Shown: positions 1 through 9,563 of the stretch, in pieces | Layout of the letters: each line of letters begins with the position of its first letter | How positions within the stretch are numbered: the first letter of the stretch is position 1 | Position numbers and translations under genes: made by a program | Assembly: GCA_036394995.1 (NCBI GenBank) | Contig: DASWED010000060.1 | Location: forward strand, 4,001 to 68,000 | Source of the DNA: Actinomycetota bacterium | Lineage (GTDB): Bacteria; Actinomycetota; UBA4738; JACQTL01 | Direction: 5' to 3' | DNA: 64,000 bases | Notes under the pieces: model-generated | The model's database searches: none | The model's input: only the letters and a program-made list of their open reading frames with translations | What the model was told of the DNA's origin: nothing

Positions 1-651
1 GGAGGTCATCCAGATCGTCGTCTGGCCGGTGGCGGGGTTCACGTCGGCGAGACAGCCGCACGTCTCCAGCGGCGCCGGGTGCGAACGCGGGTAGAACGTG
101 TCGAGCGATACCACCTTGTCGGCGTCCGCGAACGCCCGGTCGGTGTCGTCCTTGCTGCCCGACTCCCAGTGGTAGATGAGGTTCGAGTCCACGCCCTCCT
201 TGTCGGTCCGGATCACCGGTGCGTCCGGGGCCGCGGCCTGCTCCGGGTTGATCACCGGCTGGAGCGGCTCGTAATCCACGTCGATGAGCTCCAGTGCGTC
301 CCTCGCGATGTACGGGCTCTCCGCGACGACCGCCGCCACCTCCTGGCCCTGGAACCGCACCTTGTCGGTGGCCAGCACGGCCTGGGTGTCGCCGGACATC
401 GTGGGCATCCAGGCCAGATTGTGCTGGGCCATGAGGTCGCCGGTGACCACCGCCACCACGCCGGGGAGGGCCGCCGCCCGCGAGGTGTCGATGGACGTGA
501 TCTTCGCATGGGCCATGGGGCTGCGGAGGATGGCCATGTGGAGCATGTTCGGCAGGACCACGTCGTCGACGTACGTGCCCTTGCCCCGGATGAACCGGTC
601 GTCCTCCTTGCGCTTGACGCTGTGTCCGATGCCGCGGATGTCGGTCGCCAT
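1..651 (-). CDS. coxL: CO dehydrogenase-type molybdopterin hydroxylase large subunit, N-terminal 217 codons (gene runs off window start)
   Basis: Own translation from ATG at 651 on the minus strand: MATDIRGIGHSVKRKEDDRFIRGKGTYVDDV...NLAWMPTMSGDTQAVLATDKVRFQGQEV. The frame is open to position 1. It lies downstream of coxM-coxS on the same strand. It is absent from the ORF track because it has no stop in the window. Confidence 0.8.
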   Translation of the reverse strand, partial: MATDIRGIGHSVKRKEDDRFIRGKGTYVDDVVLPNMLHMAILRSPMAHAKITSIDTSRAAALPGVVAVVTGDLMAQHNLAWMPTMSGDTQAVLATDKVRFQGQEVAAVVAESPYIARDALELIDVDYEPLQPVINPEQAAAPDAPVIRTDKEGVDSNLIYHWESGSKDDTDRAFADADKVVSLDTFYPRSHPAPLETCGCLADVNPATGQTTIWMTS

Positions 652-664
652 GTCCGGATACCCC

Positions 665-1180
665 CTAGCCCGCCACGGCGGTCTCGGCCGCCGGCTCGGT
701 CTCGGCCGTCTCGCCGTCGCCGGCGTTCTTCCGAGCGGCCCACTGGATGGCCTTCACGATGTTCATGTAGCCGGTGCAGCGGCAGATGTTGCCGGAGATG
801 GCCCACCGGATGTCGTCGTCCGACGGGTCCGGGTTGTCGTCGAGCAGCGCCTTCGCCACCAGCATCATCCCCGGCGTGCAGAACCCGCACTGCAGCCCGT
901 GCTCCTCCTTGAACCCCTCCTGGATGGCGTCGATGGCCCCTCCCGTGAGCATGCCCTCCACGGTGGTGACCTCCCGGCCCCCGGCCTGCACGCCGAACAT
1001 CGTGCAGGACTTCACCGGCGTGCCGTCCAGCAGCACGGTGCACGCCCCGCACGACGTGGTGTCGCACCCGATGTGGGTCCCGGTGAGCCCCATCTCCTCG
1101 CGCAGGACGTGGACCAGGAGCCGGCGGGGCTCCACGTCCACCGTTCGCTCGGTTCCGTTGACGGTGACGGTGATCTCCAT
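665..1180 (-). CDS. coxS: CODH-type small subunit, [2Fe-2S] ferredoxin-like
   Basis: 171 aa. Both Fe-S cysteine clusters are present: [11 protein letters not shown] and CGFCTPG...CRCTGY. Confidence 0.9.
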   Translation of the reverse strand: MEITVTVNGTERTVDVEPRRLLVHVLREEMGLTGTHIGCDTTSCGACTVLLDGTPVKSCTMFGVQAGGREVTTVEGMLTGGAIDAIQEGFKEEHGLQCGFCTPGMMLVAKALLDDNPDPSDDDIRWAISGNICRCTGYMNIVKAIQWAARKNAGDGETAETEPAAETAVAG

Positions 1181-1192
1181 GTCGTCCTCCCC

Positions 1193-2059
1193 TCAGCCCT
1201 GCGCCGTGGCGGTGGCCCGGGCGAGCCCCCTGCGGGCGAACACGTCCACGATGTGCCGTTTGTAGTCGGCGGATCCCCGGAGGTCGGAGACCGGATCGGC
1301 GGCCTGCGCCGCCAGGGCCCCGGCGGCAGCGAACGCGTCCTCGTTCGGCTCCTTGCCGGCCAGCGACGCCCCGGCCTCCTCGGCCAGGATGTTCCCCGAG
1401 CCGACGGCGGTGAGTGCGATCGCGGCGCTCCCGATGGTGCCGTTCTGCATCGTGACCTGGACGGCCACGCCGACCGTGGCGAAGTCACCGACCTTGCGCT
1501 CCATCTTCAGGTACGCGCCGCCGGAGCTCGCCTCGGGCTGGGGGACCCGGACCTCCACCAGCAGCTCGTCCGGCTCGAGGGCCGTGGTGAACGTCCCCTG
1601 GAGGAACTCGCTCACCGGGAGTGTGCGTTCGGCGCTGGCGCTCTTCAGCACGACGTGGCCCCCCATGGCCAGCATCACCGAACCCCAGTCGCCGGCCGGG
1701 TCGGCGTGGGCCAGCGAGCCGCCGATGGTCCCCAGGTTCCGCACGATGGGGTCGGAGATCATCGGCGCCGCGGCCGCCATGGCCGGATACCGCTCCTTGA
1801 CGAGCTCGGACGTCTCGAGTGCCTTGTGGCGGGTCAGCGCGCCGACCCGAAGCCACCCGTCCTCCTCCACCAGGCCGGTCAGCCCGTCGACGTGGTTGAT
1901 GTCGATGAGGTGCTCCGGCGCGGCGAACCGCAGCTTCATCAGCGGGATCAGGCTCTGCCCACCGGCCAGGACCTTCCCGTCCGCGCCGAAGGACGCGAGG
2001 AGCGCGAGGGCCTCGTCGAGCGATGACGGCCGGTGGTACTCGAACGCGGCGGGGAACAT
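1193..2059 (-). CDS. coxM: CODH-type medium subunit, FAD-binding
   Basis: 288 aa. MFPAAFEYHRPSSLDEALALL...AGGQSLIPLMKLR is typical of CoxM/FAD-binding molybdopterin dehydrogenase subunits. Confidence 0.9.
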   Translation of the reverse strand: MFPAAFEYHRPSSLDEALALLASFGADGKVLAGGQSLIPLMKLRFAAPEHLIDINHVDGLTGLVEEDGWLRVGALTRHKALETSELVKERYPAMAAAAPMISDPIVRNLGTIGGSLAHADPAGDWGSVMLAMGGHVVLKSASAERTLPVSEFLQGTFTTALEPDELLVEVRVPQPEASSGGAYLKMERKVGDFATVGVAVQVTMQNGTIGSAAIALTAVGSGNILAEEAGASLAGKEPNEDAFAAAGALAAQAADPVSDLRGSADYKRHIVDVFARRGLARATATAQG

Positions 2060-2454
2060 CTCAGACCTCCTTGGCCCGGCGGGCGGCGGCGGGGAAATGA
2101 GTGGCGGCCGAGCGAATCGGCGAAAGGGGAATCAGCGCACACGAAGCAGTACGGGCGAGCGGAAGGCCAGGACTCCCGGACGTGGCGTTGGCGCAGCACT
2201 GCACCGTGGTGCCTCCGGTTCGCAGCCGCCGCGGTCGCGGCGGTCAGCGCGGATTCTCACGCCACGATGGTTGCGCGGTCAAACGAAAAGCCAGGCACCG
2301 CGCACCCTTGCCCGGCGGTGGCCAGGATCGGTCAGCTGCACGCCGGGCCGGTGCCCGGTCTCCGATCCAAGCTCGAGGTGGTCCCGATTTCGCGAGTTCG
2401 TCCCCATGGGCATACGATCCGGCCAACCCCATCGGGTGAGGAAAGGAGACGCCG

Positions 2455-2940
2455 TTGACACGCATCGCGGTCACGGTGAACGGGGCTCGCCGCGAGGCTG
2501 ACGTCGAACCCCGGACGCTGCTCGTGTACTTCCTCCGCGAGCACCTCGGGCTCACCGGTACGAACGTCGGGTGCGACACCTCGTCCTGCGGCTCCTGCAC
2601 GGTGCTGCTGGACGGGGAGTCGGTGAAGTCCTGCACCCTGCTCGCGGTCCAGTCCGACGGCCGGGAGGTCACCACCATCGAGGGCCTCGCCACGAACGGC
2701 GAGCTGCACCCGATGCAGCAGGCCTTCCACGAGGAGCACGGCCTGCAGTGCGGCTACTGCACGCCGGGCATGATCCTCGCCGCCGTGTCGCTGGTGGAGC
2801 ACGCCGACGGCCCCCTGGACGAGGACGCCGTCCGGCACGGGCTGGAGGGCAACCTGTGCCGCTGCACCGGCTACCACAACATCGTGAAGTCCGTCCTGGC
2901 CGCACAGGACTCCATGCGCGGCGCGGCGACGCCCGCCTGA
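2455..2940 (+). CDS. [2Fe-2S] small subunit of second (form II-like) Mo-hydroxylase cluster
   Basis: 161 aa. Motifs [11 protein letters not shown] and CGYCTPG...CRCTGY. TTG start preceded by GGAAAGGAG. Confidence 0.9.
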   Translation: MTRIAVTVNGARREADVEPRTLLVYFLREHLGLTGTNVGCDTSSCGSCTVLLDGESVKSCTLLAVQSDGREVTTIEGLATNGELHPMQQAFHEEHGLQCGYCTPGMILAAVSLVEHADGPLDEDAVRHGLEGNLCRCTGYHNIVKSVLAAQDSMRGAATPA

Positions 2941-2966
2941 TCCGAACGCGAAGGAGGCACGAACCG

Positions 2967-5414
2967 ATGGCGCAGGTGAAGGAGCGCTACGTCGGCGGCG
3001 GGGTCCTTCGCAAGGAGGATCCCGAGCTGATCACCGGGCAGGCCCGGTACATCGACGACATGACCCTGCCCGGCATGGTGTGGATGGCGGTGGTCCGGAG
3101 CCCGTTCGCCCATGCCCGGATCACCGGGTTCGACGCGGACGCGGCGAAGGGCATGCCCGGCGTCCTGGCCGTGTGGTCTGGCGAGGACCTCGCCTCCGAG
3201 TGGATCGGAGGCCTGCCGTGCGCCTGGCCGGTGACCGAGGACATCAAGATTCCCACGCACTGGCCGGTGACCAAGGACGTCGTGCACCACGCCGGCGAGG
3301 CCGTGGGCGTGGTGGTGGCCGAGACCAGGGAACAGGCCCTCGACGCCGCCGAGGCCGTGAACGTGGACTACGAGCCACTGCCGGTGGTCCTGGACATGGA
3401 GGAGGCCGCGAAGGACGGCGCGCCACTCGTCCACGACGAGCTCGGGACGAACCGCAGCTACACCTGGACCCTGTCGAACGGCGAGGTGGACCGGGTGTTC
3501 TCCGACGCCCCGGTGGTGGTGAAGGAGCGGTACTACCACCCCCGGTTGATCCCGAACGCCATCGAGCCTCGCGGGGTGCTGGTCCAGCCGGTCGCGTCCC
3601 AGGGCGAGTACACGATCTGGTCGGCCACCCAGATCCCGCACGTCCTGCGGGTGACGCTGGCCGCGTTCGTGCTGGGGATCCCGGAGTCGAAGCTCCGGAT
3701 CATCGCGCCGGAGGTGGGCGGCGGGTTCGGCTCGAAGCTGAACGTGTACGCGGAGGAGGCCGCGACGGTGGCCGCGGCCAAGCGGCTGGGGCGGCCGGTG
3801 AAGTGGATCGAGGAGCGCTCGGAGGCCTACATGGCCACGATCCACGGCCGCGACGTGATCCAGGACATGGAGCTGGCGGCCACCGAGGAGGGGAAGCTGC
3901 TGGGGGTCCGGGCGACGCTGCTGGCCGACATGGGGGCGTACCTCCAGCTGGTCACGCCGGGGATCCCCATCCTCGGCGCGTTCCTGTACATGGGGGTGTA
4001 CGACGCCGAGGTCTACCACTTCGAGTGCACCGGCGTGTTCACGAACAAGACCCCCACCGACGCGTATCGCGGCGCCGGTCGGCCGGAGGCCACGTACGCC
4101 ATCGAACGAGCCATCGACGCCCTCGGCCGCAAGGTGGGCAAGGACGCCGTGGAGATCCGCCGGCTGAACTTCATCCCGGCCTTCTCGGAGGCCCGGCCCG
4201 TGGCGTCCGGGTTGTCGTTCGACTCCGGGGACTACGAGGGGACGCTGGCGAGGGCCCTCGAGCTGGTCGGGTACGAGGACCTGCGGAAGGACCAGGCCGA
4301 GCGGCGCGAGCGGGGCGACGCGGTGCAGCTGGGCATCGGGCTGTCCACGTACATCGAGATGTGCGGGCTGGCGCCGTCGCAGGTCCTGGGCTCGCTCCGG
4401 TACGCCGCCGGGGGGTGGGACGCGGCGACCATCCGCGTGCTCCCCACCGGGAAGGTGATGGTGTCCACGGGCACATCGCCGCACGGCCAGGGCCACGTGA
4501 CCTCCTGGTCGCAGATCGTGGCCGACGCGCTGGGGGTCTCGTTCGAGGACGTGGAGGTCCAGCACGGCGACACCGCGGTCTCGCCGCTGGGGATGGACAC
4601 GTACGGCAGCCGGTCCCTCTCGGTGGGCGGGGTGGCCCTGCACCACGCCACCCAGAAGATCGTCGAGAAGGCCCGGACCATCGCGGCGCACACGCTGGAG
4701 GTGGCGCCCGAGGACCTCGACTACGAGGCCGGGACGTTCACGGTGAAGGGCGCGCCGGACAAGGCCAAGACCATCCCGGAGATCGCGTTCGCGGCGTGGA
4801 CCGCGCACGCGCTGCCCCCGGACGTGGAGCCCATGCTCGAGGCCACCCACGTGTTCGACCCGCCGAACTTCACGTTCCCGTCGGGCGCGCACGTGGCGGT
4901 GGTGGAGGTGGACACCGAGACCGGCGATGTCAGGGTGGCGAAGTACGTCGCGGTGGACGACTGCGGCACGGTCATCAACCCGATGATCGTGGAGGGGCAG
5001 GTCCACGGCGGCGTGGCCCAGGGGATCGCCGAGGCCCTGTACGAGGAGGCCTCCTACGACGAGAACGGCACCCTCCTCACCAGCTCGATGGCGAACTACG
5101 CGGTCCCCTCGGCCGCCGAGCTGCCGTCGTTCCTGCTGGACCGGACCGAGACCCCCTCGACCACGAACGAGCTGGGCGTGAAGGGCATCGGCGAGGCCGG
5201 GACCATCGCCGCGCCGCCGGCGGTGATGAACGCGGTGGTCGACGCGCTGTCGCCGTTCGGGATCACCGACCTGGGGATGCCGGCCACGCCGGAACGGGTG
5301 TGGCGGGCCATCCACGGCGGCGGGGGCGCCGGCGCGGCGGAACGGGCGGAGGCGCCCGGCGCCGGCAGCGGCGTGGGTTCGGCGGAAGCAGAGCGGGAAG
5401 GAGGCGACCGATGA
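2967..5414 (+). CDS. Form II CoxL-like molybdopterin hydroxylase large subunit
   Basis: ATG at 2967 with AAGGAGG 10 nt upstream. 815 aa starting MAQVKERYVGGGVLRKEDPELITGQ. The active-site loop reads TDAYRGAGRPEAT (AYRGAGR is the form II signature). The upstream part of track ORF 2571-5414 overlaps coxS out of frame and was discarded. Confidence 0.9.
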   Translation: MAQVKERYVGGGVLRKEDPELITGQARYIDDMTLPGMVWMAVVRSPFAHARITGFDADAAKGMPGVLAVWSGEDLASEWIGGLPCAWPVTEDIKIPTHWPVTKDVVHHAGEAVGVVVAETREQALDAAEAVNVDYEPLPVVLDMEEAAKDGAPLVHDELGTNRSYTWTLSNGEVDRVFSDAPVVVKERYYHPRLIPNAIEPRGVLVQPVASQGEYTIWSATQIPHVLRVTLAAFVLGIPESKLRIIAPEVGGGFGSKLNVYAEEAATVAAAKRLGRPVKWIEERSEAYMATIHGRDVIQDMELAATEEGKLLGVRATLLADMGAYLQLVTPGIPILGAFLYMGVYDAEVYHFECTGVFTNKTPTDAYRGAGRPEATYAIERAIDALGRKVGKDAVEIRRLNFIPAFSEARPVASGLSFDSGDYEGTLARALELVGYEDLRKDQAERRERGDAVQLGIGLSTYIEMCGLAPSQVLGSLRYAAGGWDAATIRVLPTGKVMVSTGTSPHGQGHVTSWSQIVADALGVSFEDVEVQHGDTAVSPLGMDTYGSRSLSVGGVALHHATQKIVEKARTIAAHTLEVAPEDLDYEAGTFTVKGAPDKAKTIPEIAFAAWTAHALPPDVEPMLEATHVFDPPNFTFPSGAHVAVVEVDTETGDVRVAKYVAVDDCGTVINPMIVEGQVHGGVAQGIAEALYEEASYDENGTLLTSSMANYAVPSAAELPSFLLDRTETPSTTNELGVKGIGEAGTIAAPPAVMNAVVDALSPFGITDLGMPATPERVWRAIHGGGGAGAAERAEAPGAGSGVGSAEAEREGGDR

Positions 5415-6253
5415 TCCCGGCGGCGTTCGAGTACGAGCGGGCGGAGTCCGTGGACGGCGCCATCTCGCTCCTGCAGCAGCACGGCGAGGACGCGAAGCTC
5501 CTGGCCGGAGGCCACTCGCTGCTCCCGCTGATGAAGCTCCGGCTGGCCCGGCCCTCCGTCCTGGTGGACATCGGGCGGCTGTCGGACCTGTCCTACGTCC
5601 GCGACGCCGGCGACCACGTGGCCATCGGCGCGCTGACCCGGCACCACGACGTGGCCACGAGCGACGTGCTGGCGTCGGCGAATCCGCTGGTGTCGTACGC
5701 GGCCGGGCAGGTGGGCGACCCCCAGGTCCGGCACGTGGGGACCATCGGGGGCTCGGTGGCCCACGGCGACCCGGCCTCGGACCTCCCGACGGTGCTGCTG
5801 GCGCTCGACGCCACCCTCGTGGCGAAGGGCCCGGGCGGCGAACGAGAGATCGCGGCGGCTGAGTTCTTCAGCGGGCTGTTCGAGACCGCGCTTGACCCCG
5901 ACGAGGTGCTCACGGAGATCCGCGTGCCGAAGCTGGACGGCGCGGGGTGGTCGTATCAGAAGTTCCACCGGCGGGCCCAGGACTGGGCCATCGTCGGCGT
6001 GGCGGCGGTGGTCACCAAGTCCAGCGGCGGATTCTCGCGGGCGTCCGTGGCCCTGACGAACATGGGCGAGGCGCCGATGCGGGCCAACGAGGTGGAGCGG
6101 CTGCTGCTGGAGACGGGCGACGTGAGCGCCGCGTCCGAGGCTGCCGACGCCGGCACGAACCCCACCTCGGACACCTTCTCGAGCGGAGAGTTCCGCCGTC
6201 ACCTGGCCAAGGTCCTGACCCGCCGGGCGGTCGAGGAGGCCGGATCGAGGTAG
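5411..6253 (+). CDS. FAD-binding medium subunit of second Mo-hydroxylase cluster
   Basis: ATGA start/stop overlap with the large subunit. MIPAAFEYERAESVDGAISLL...AGGHSLLPLMKLR. Confidence 0.9.
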   Translation: MIPAAFEYERAESVDGAISLLQQHGEDAKLLAGGHSLLPLMKLRLARPSVLVDIGRLSDLSYVRDAGDHVAIGALTRHHDVATSDVLASANPLVSYAAGQVGDPQVRHVGTIGGSVAHGDPASDLPTVLLALDATLVAKGPGGEREIAAAEFFSGLFETALDPDEVLTEIRVPKLDGAGWSYQKFHRRAQDWAIVGVAAVVTKSSGGFSRASVALTNMGEAPMRANEVERLLLETGDVSAASEAADAGTNPTSDTFSSGEFRRHLAKVLTRRAVEEAGSR

Positions 6254-6284
6254 GTCAGCTCCCGCTCGACGTACGATCGCTGGA

Positions 6285-7175
6285 GTGAGGACCACGGAGA
6301 CGCCGTTCTCGTCGGCCGCGGACGTGCAGGAGGCCCTGCGCGCGCACGACTACCTGGCCGACCGGGGGCTGGCCACGGCCATCCACCTGGCGCTGTCGCT
6401 CGACCGGCCGCTGCTGCTGGAGGGCGAGGCCGGGGTGGGCAAGACCGAGGTCGCGAAGGTCCTGTCGACGGTGCTGGGCCGCCGGCTGATCCGCCTGCAG
6501 TGCTACGAGGGGATCGACGCCTCGCAGGCCCTGTACGAATGGAACTACTCCCGCCAGCTCATCGCGGTCCGCGCGCTGCAGGCGGTGGAGTCCACCGACG
6601 CGGTGGTCCACGACCTGTTCGGGCCGGAGTTCCTGGTGGAACGGCCGCTGCTGGCCGCCATCCGGGCCGGTTCCCGGGCCGTGCTCCTGGTCGACGAGCT
6701 GGACCGGGCCGACGACGAGTTCGAGGCGTTCCTGCTCGAGGTGCTCTCGGAGTTCGCCGTGACCATCCCGGAGATCGGGCCGGTGACGGCGGAGCAGCCC
6801 CCGGCCGTGGTGGTGACGTCGAACCGGACCCGCGAGCTGCACGACGCGCTGAAGCGGCGGTGCCTGTACCACTGGATCGACCACCCTACGATCGAGCGCG
6901 AGGTGGAGATCGTCCGGGTCCGCGCGCCGGAGGTGGCGGAGTCGCTGGCCCGGCAGGTGGCGGAGGCGGTGGCCCGGCTCCGGGCGCTGGACGTGGCCAA
7001 GCGGCCCGGGGTGGCCGAGACGATCGACTGGGCCCATGCGCTGGCGTTCCTCGGGGTGGACCGGCTGGACGAGGAGTCGGCCGCGGACACGCTGGGAGCA
7101 GTGCTGAAGGACCACGAGGACCTCGAGCTGGCCCGGGGCCGGCTGTCCGAGGTCGTGGCCGACGCCGCGGGCTGA
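6285..7175 (+). CDS. MoxR-family AAA+ ATPase (CoxD-like)
   Basis: 296 aa. Walker A GEAGVGKT, Walker B LLVDELDRA. Sits directly downstream of the cox-like cluster. Confidence 0.85.
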   Translation: MRTTETPFSSAADVQEALRAHDYLADRGLATAIHLALSLDRPLLLEGEAGVGKTEVAKVLSTVLGRRLIRLQCYEGIDASQALYEWNYSRQLIAVRALQAVESTDAVVHDLFGPEFLVERPLLAAIRAGSRAVLLVDELDRADDEFEAFLLEVLSEFAVTIPEIGPVTAEQPPAVVVTSNRTRELHDALKRRCLYHWIDHPTIEREVEIVRVRAPEVAESLARQVAEAVARLRALDVAKRPGVAETIDWAHALAFLGVDRLDEESAADTLGAVLKDHEDLELARGRLSEVVADAAG

Positions 7176-7184
7176 GCCGGGCAG

Positions 7185-8369
7185 GTGGCGGGGGTCGCGA
7201 CCGTTCCCGAGGACGTCATTCGGCGGCTGGTGGGCTTCGGCCGGTACCTGCGCCGGAGCGGGTTCCCCGTGGGGCCGGGGCGGGTCCTCCAGTTCTGCCG
7301 GGCGGCCGCGGCGCTGGACCCGTTCGACCGGGTGGACCTGTACTGGGCCGGCCGGGCCACGCTGATCTCACGCCACGACCTCATCGAACCGTTCGACGCG
7401 GCGTTCGAGGCGTACTTCGGGCGGAGAGGGGGCGTCCCGCTCGGGGAGGCGGGGGAGGAGGACCGGCCGGGGGTGGTGGTCGGGAGGGAGGATCGGGAAC
7501 GGCGTTCCCTCGACGAACCGGAGCCCCCGATCGCGCTGCCGTCCCAGCGGTGGAGGCCGATCGCCGACACCGAGGAGGCGGAGGAGGAGCAGGCGGCGAT
7601 CCGGATCGTCGCGGCCGACACCGCGGTGGACCGTTCGAAGTCGTTCGAGGAGCAGAGCGAGGAGGAGCGGCGCGAGACCGCCGCGCTGATCCGCCAGCTG
7701 AAGGTGCACACGCCCCGGCGCCACTCGCGGCGCCTCGCTCCTTCGCGCAAGGGCCCGAGGTTCGACCTCCCCCGGACGCTCCGGAGGTCCCTGCGGACCG
7801 AGGGCGAGCCGTTCCGCCGGTCCTGGCGGTCCCGCACCACTCGCCTCCGGCCGCTGGTCCTGATCCTCGACGTGAGCGGGTCGATGGCGCCGTACTCGCG
7901 GGCCCTGCTCCAGTTCGCCTACGCGGCGATGGCGGCCGGCTCGCGGGTGGAGGTGTTCTGCTTCGGGACGGAGCTCACGCGGGTGTCGCGCACGCTCCGC
8001 ACCCGCGACCCCGACCGGGCCCTGAAGGAGATCGGACGACTCGTGCACGACTGGGAGGGTGGGACCCGGATCGGCGAGTCCCTGAAGGCGCTGCTGGACG
8101 GATGGAGCCAGCGGGCGGCGCTCCGGGGCTCGGTCGTCGTGCTGTGCTCCGACGGCCTGGAGCGCGGGGATCCCGACGTGCTGCGTTCGCAGATGGAGCG
8201 ACTGGGCCGCCTGGCCCACCGGGTGGTGTGGGTGAATCCGCTGAAGGGCAGCCCCCGGTACGAGCCCCTGGCCCGGGGCATGGCCGCCGCCCTCCCGCAC
8301 ATCGACGAGTTCCTCCCCGGGCACAACCTCACCAGCCTCGAGCACCTCGGCCGCATCCTGTCCCGCTGA
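7185..8369 (+). CDS. VWA domain protein (CoxE-like)
   Basis: 394 aa. MIDAS motif LILDVSGSM. C-terminal half is typical of CoxE/VWA_CoxE proteins that pair with MoxR ATPases. Confidence 0.85.
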   Translation: MAGVATVPEDVIRRLVGFGRYLRRSGFPVGPGRVLQFCRAAAALDPFDRVDLYWAGRATLISRHDLIEPFDAAFEAYFGRRGGVPLGEAGEEDRPGVVVGREDRERRSLDEPEPPIALPSQRWRPIADTEEAEEEQAAIRIVAADTAVDRSKSFEEQSEEERRETAALIRQLKVHTPRRHSRRLAPSRKGPRFDLPRTLRRSLRTEGEPFRRSWRSRTTRLRPLVLILDVSGSMAPYSRALLQFAYAAMAAGSRVEVFCFGTELTRVSRTLRTRDPDRALKEIGRLVHDWEGGTRIGESLKALLDGWSQRAALRGSVVVLCSDGLERGDPDVLRSQMERLGRLAHRVVWVNPLKGSPRYEPLARGMAAALPHIDEFLPGHNLTSLEHLGRILSR

Positions 8370-8413
8370 GGGCGGCCCTGGGCAATACAATCGGGCCGGC
8401 ACCCGAGGAGGCG

Positions 8414-8545
8414 ATGGCCGTGGCGAACAAGGACAAGGGTTCCGAGAAGGGCCAGAAGAAGAAGGCCCAGCACAACCTCAAGGAGAAACGGGCCGCGAAG
8501 AAACAGAAGAAGGGGTCCACCTCCGGCTCCGTGTCGGGCATCTGA
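8414..8545 (+). CDS. Small lysine-rich hypothetical protein (43 aa)
   Basis: ATG at 8414 with GAGGAGG ending 3 nt upstream. MAVANKDKGSEKGQKKKAQHNLKEKRAAKKQKKGSTSGSVSGI. Third codon positions are G/C-rich as in neighbouring genes. It fills the gap between coxE-like and the dehydratase gene. Confidence 0.45.
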   Translation: MAVANKDKGSEKGQKKKAQHNLKEKRAAKKQKKGSTSGSVSGI

Positions 8546-8549
8546 TCTG

Positions 8550-9563
8550 GTGACGGACGCTGCTGCGCGGGAGCCGGCCTCCGGGTCCGCCGGCCTGGAC
8601 CTCGGTCGGATCCGCGCTGCGGCCCGACGCCTGGGCGGCGTCGCGCACGCCACGCCGGTCATGCGTTCCTCCTCGCTGGACGACGCCGCGGGAGCGCGGG
8701 TCCTGCTGAAGATGGAGTCGTTCCAGCGGACCGGCTCGTTCAAGTTCCGTGGCGCGTACAACCGCATCTCGCAGCTCACCCCCGCCGAACGCAAGCGCGG
8801 TGTGGCCGCCTGTTCGTCCGGGAACCACGCCCAGGCCGTGGCGCTCGCGGCCTCGCTGGTGGGGAGCACGGCGGTCATCGTGATGCCGGTGGACGCGCCA
8901 CCGGAGAAGCTCGACGCCACGCGGTCCTACGGCGCGGAGGTCGTGACGTACGACCGGTATCGGGAGGACCGGGACGAGGTCGCCGCCGCGCTCGCGGCCG
9001 ACCGCGACCTGGTCATGGTCCCGCCCTACGACGACCTGGAGATCATGGCCGGCCAGGGCACCGCGACCCTCGAGCTGGTGGCGAACGCCGGCCCCGTGGA
9101 CGTGCTGGTGGTCCCGGTGAGCGGGGGTGGCCTGATCGCTGGCTCGGCCACGGCGGTGAAGGGGTCCTACCCGGCCACGCGCGTGGTCGGGGTGGAGCCG
9201 GCGGCCGGCGACGACACCCGGCAATCGTTCGAGGCCGGTCGCCGGATCAGGCTGGCCGAGATCCCCCGCACCATCGCCGACGGCCTCCAGGTGCCCACTC
9301 CGGGCGAGCTGACGTTCGAGATCAACCGCGATCTCGTCGACGGGATCGAGACCGTCACGGACGACGAGCTCGTGGCAGCCATGGCGTTCCTGTTCGAACG
9401 GCTGAAGGTGGTCGTGGAACCGAGCGGCGCAGCCGGAGTCGCCGCGCTCCTGGCGGGCCGGATCGCCGAGGTGGAGGGCAATCGCGTCGGCGTCGTCGTC
9501 TCCGGCGGCAATGTCTCGGCCGAACGCTTCGCCCGGCTGGTGGGGTCGCGTTCGGGGAGCTGA
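8550..9563 (+). CDS. PLP-dependent threonine/serine dehydratase family protein (no ACT regulatory domain)
   Basis: 337 aa. PLP-lysine motif SFKFRGA and SSGNHAQAVA. Length fits the catalytic domain only. Confidence 0.85.
   Translation: MTDAAAREPASGSAGLDLGRIRAAARRLGGVAHATPVMRSSSLDDAAGARVLLKMESFQRTGSFKFRGAYNRISQLTPAERKRGVAACSSGNHAQAVALAASLVGSTAVIVMPVDAPPEKLDATRSYGAEVVTYDRYREDRDEVAAALAADRDLVMVPPYDDLEIMAGQGTATLELVANAGPVDVLVVPVSGGGLIAGSATAVKGSYPATRVVGVEPAAGDDTRQSFEAGRRIRLAEIPRTIADGLQVPTPGELTFEINRDLVDGIETVTDDELVAAMAFLFERLKVVVEPSGAAGVAALLAGRIAEVEGNRVGVVVSGGNVSAERFARLVGSRSGS

Noticed and set aside
284-2026. 580-aa plus-strand ORF (and similar ORFs at 79-912, 1353-2501) opposite the coxMSL genes
   Set aside because: The composition is Arg/Gly/Pro/Ala-rich with no motifs. 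The ORF lies antisense to three genes that have unmistakable Fe-S and FAD motifs. This is the typical shadow ORF of a high-GC genome.
2571-2966. N-terminal extension of the 947-aa ORF (2571-5414)
   Set aside because: The extension overlaps the coxS-like gene in another frame and is Arg/Pro-rich. A clean AAGGAGG-ATG start at 2967 gives the canonical MAQVKERYVGGG... CoxL N-terminus.
3080-5410. Upstream 777 codons of the 1057-aa ORF 3080-6253
   Set aside because: This is an off-frame reading of the large-subunit gene (poly-R/G). Only the last 280 codons (from ATG 5411) match a CoxM-type FAD subunit.
6285-8369. MoxR-VWA pair as an independent stress or defence module
   Set aside because: The pair is immediately downstream of, and co-oriented with, the cox-like S-L-M genes. 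The VWA protein has the CoxE-type architecture, so the simplest reading is enzyme maturation.
6500-8413. 681-aa ORF 6500-8545 as a single protein
   Set aside because: It is out of frame over the MoxR and VWA genes and low in complexity. Only its final 43 codons, after an SD and ATG at 8414, are considered potentially real.
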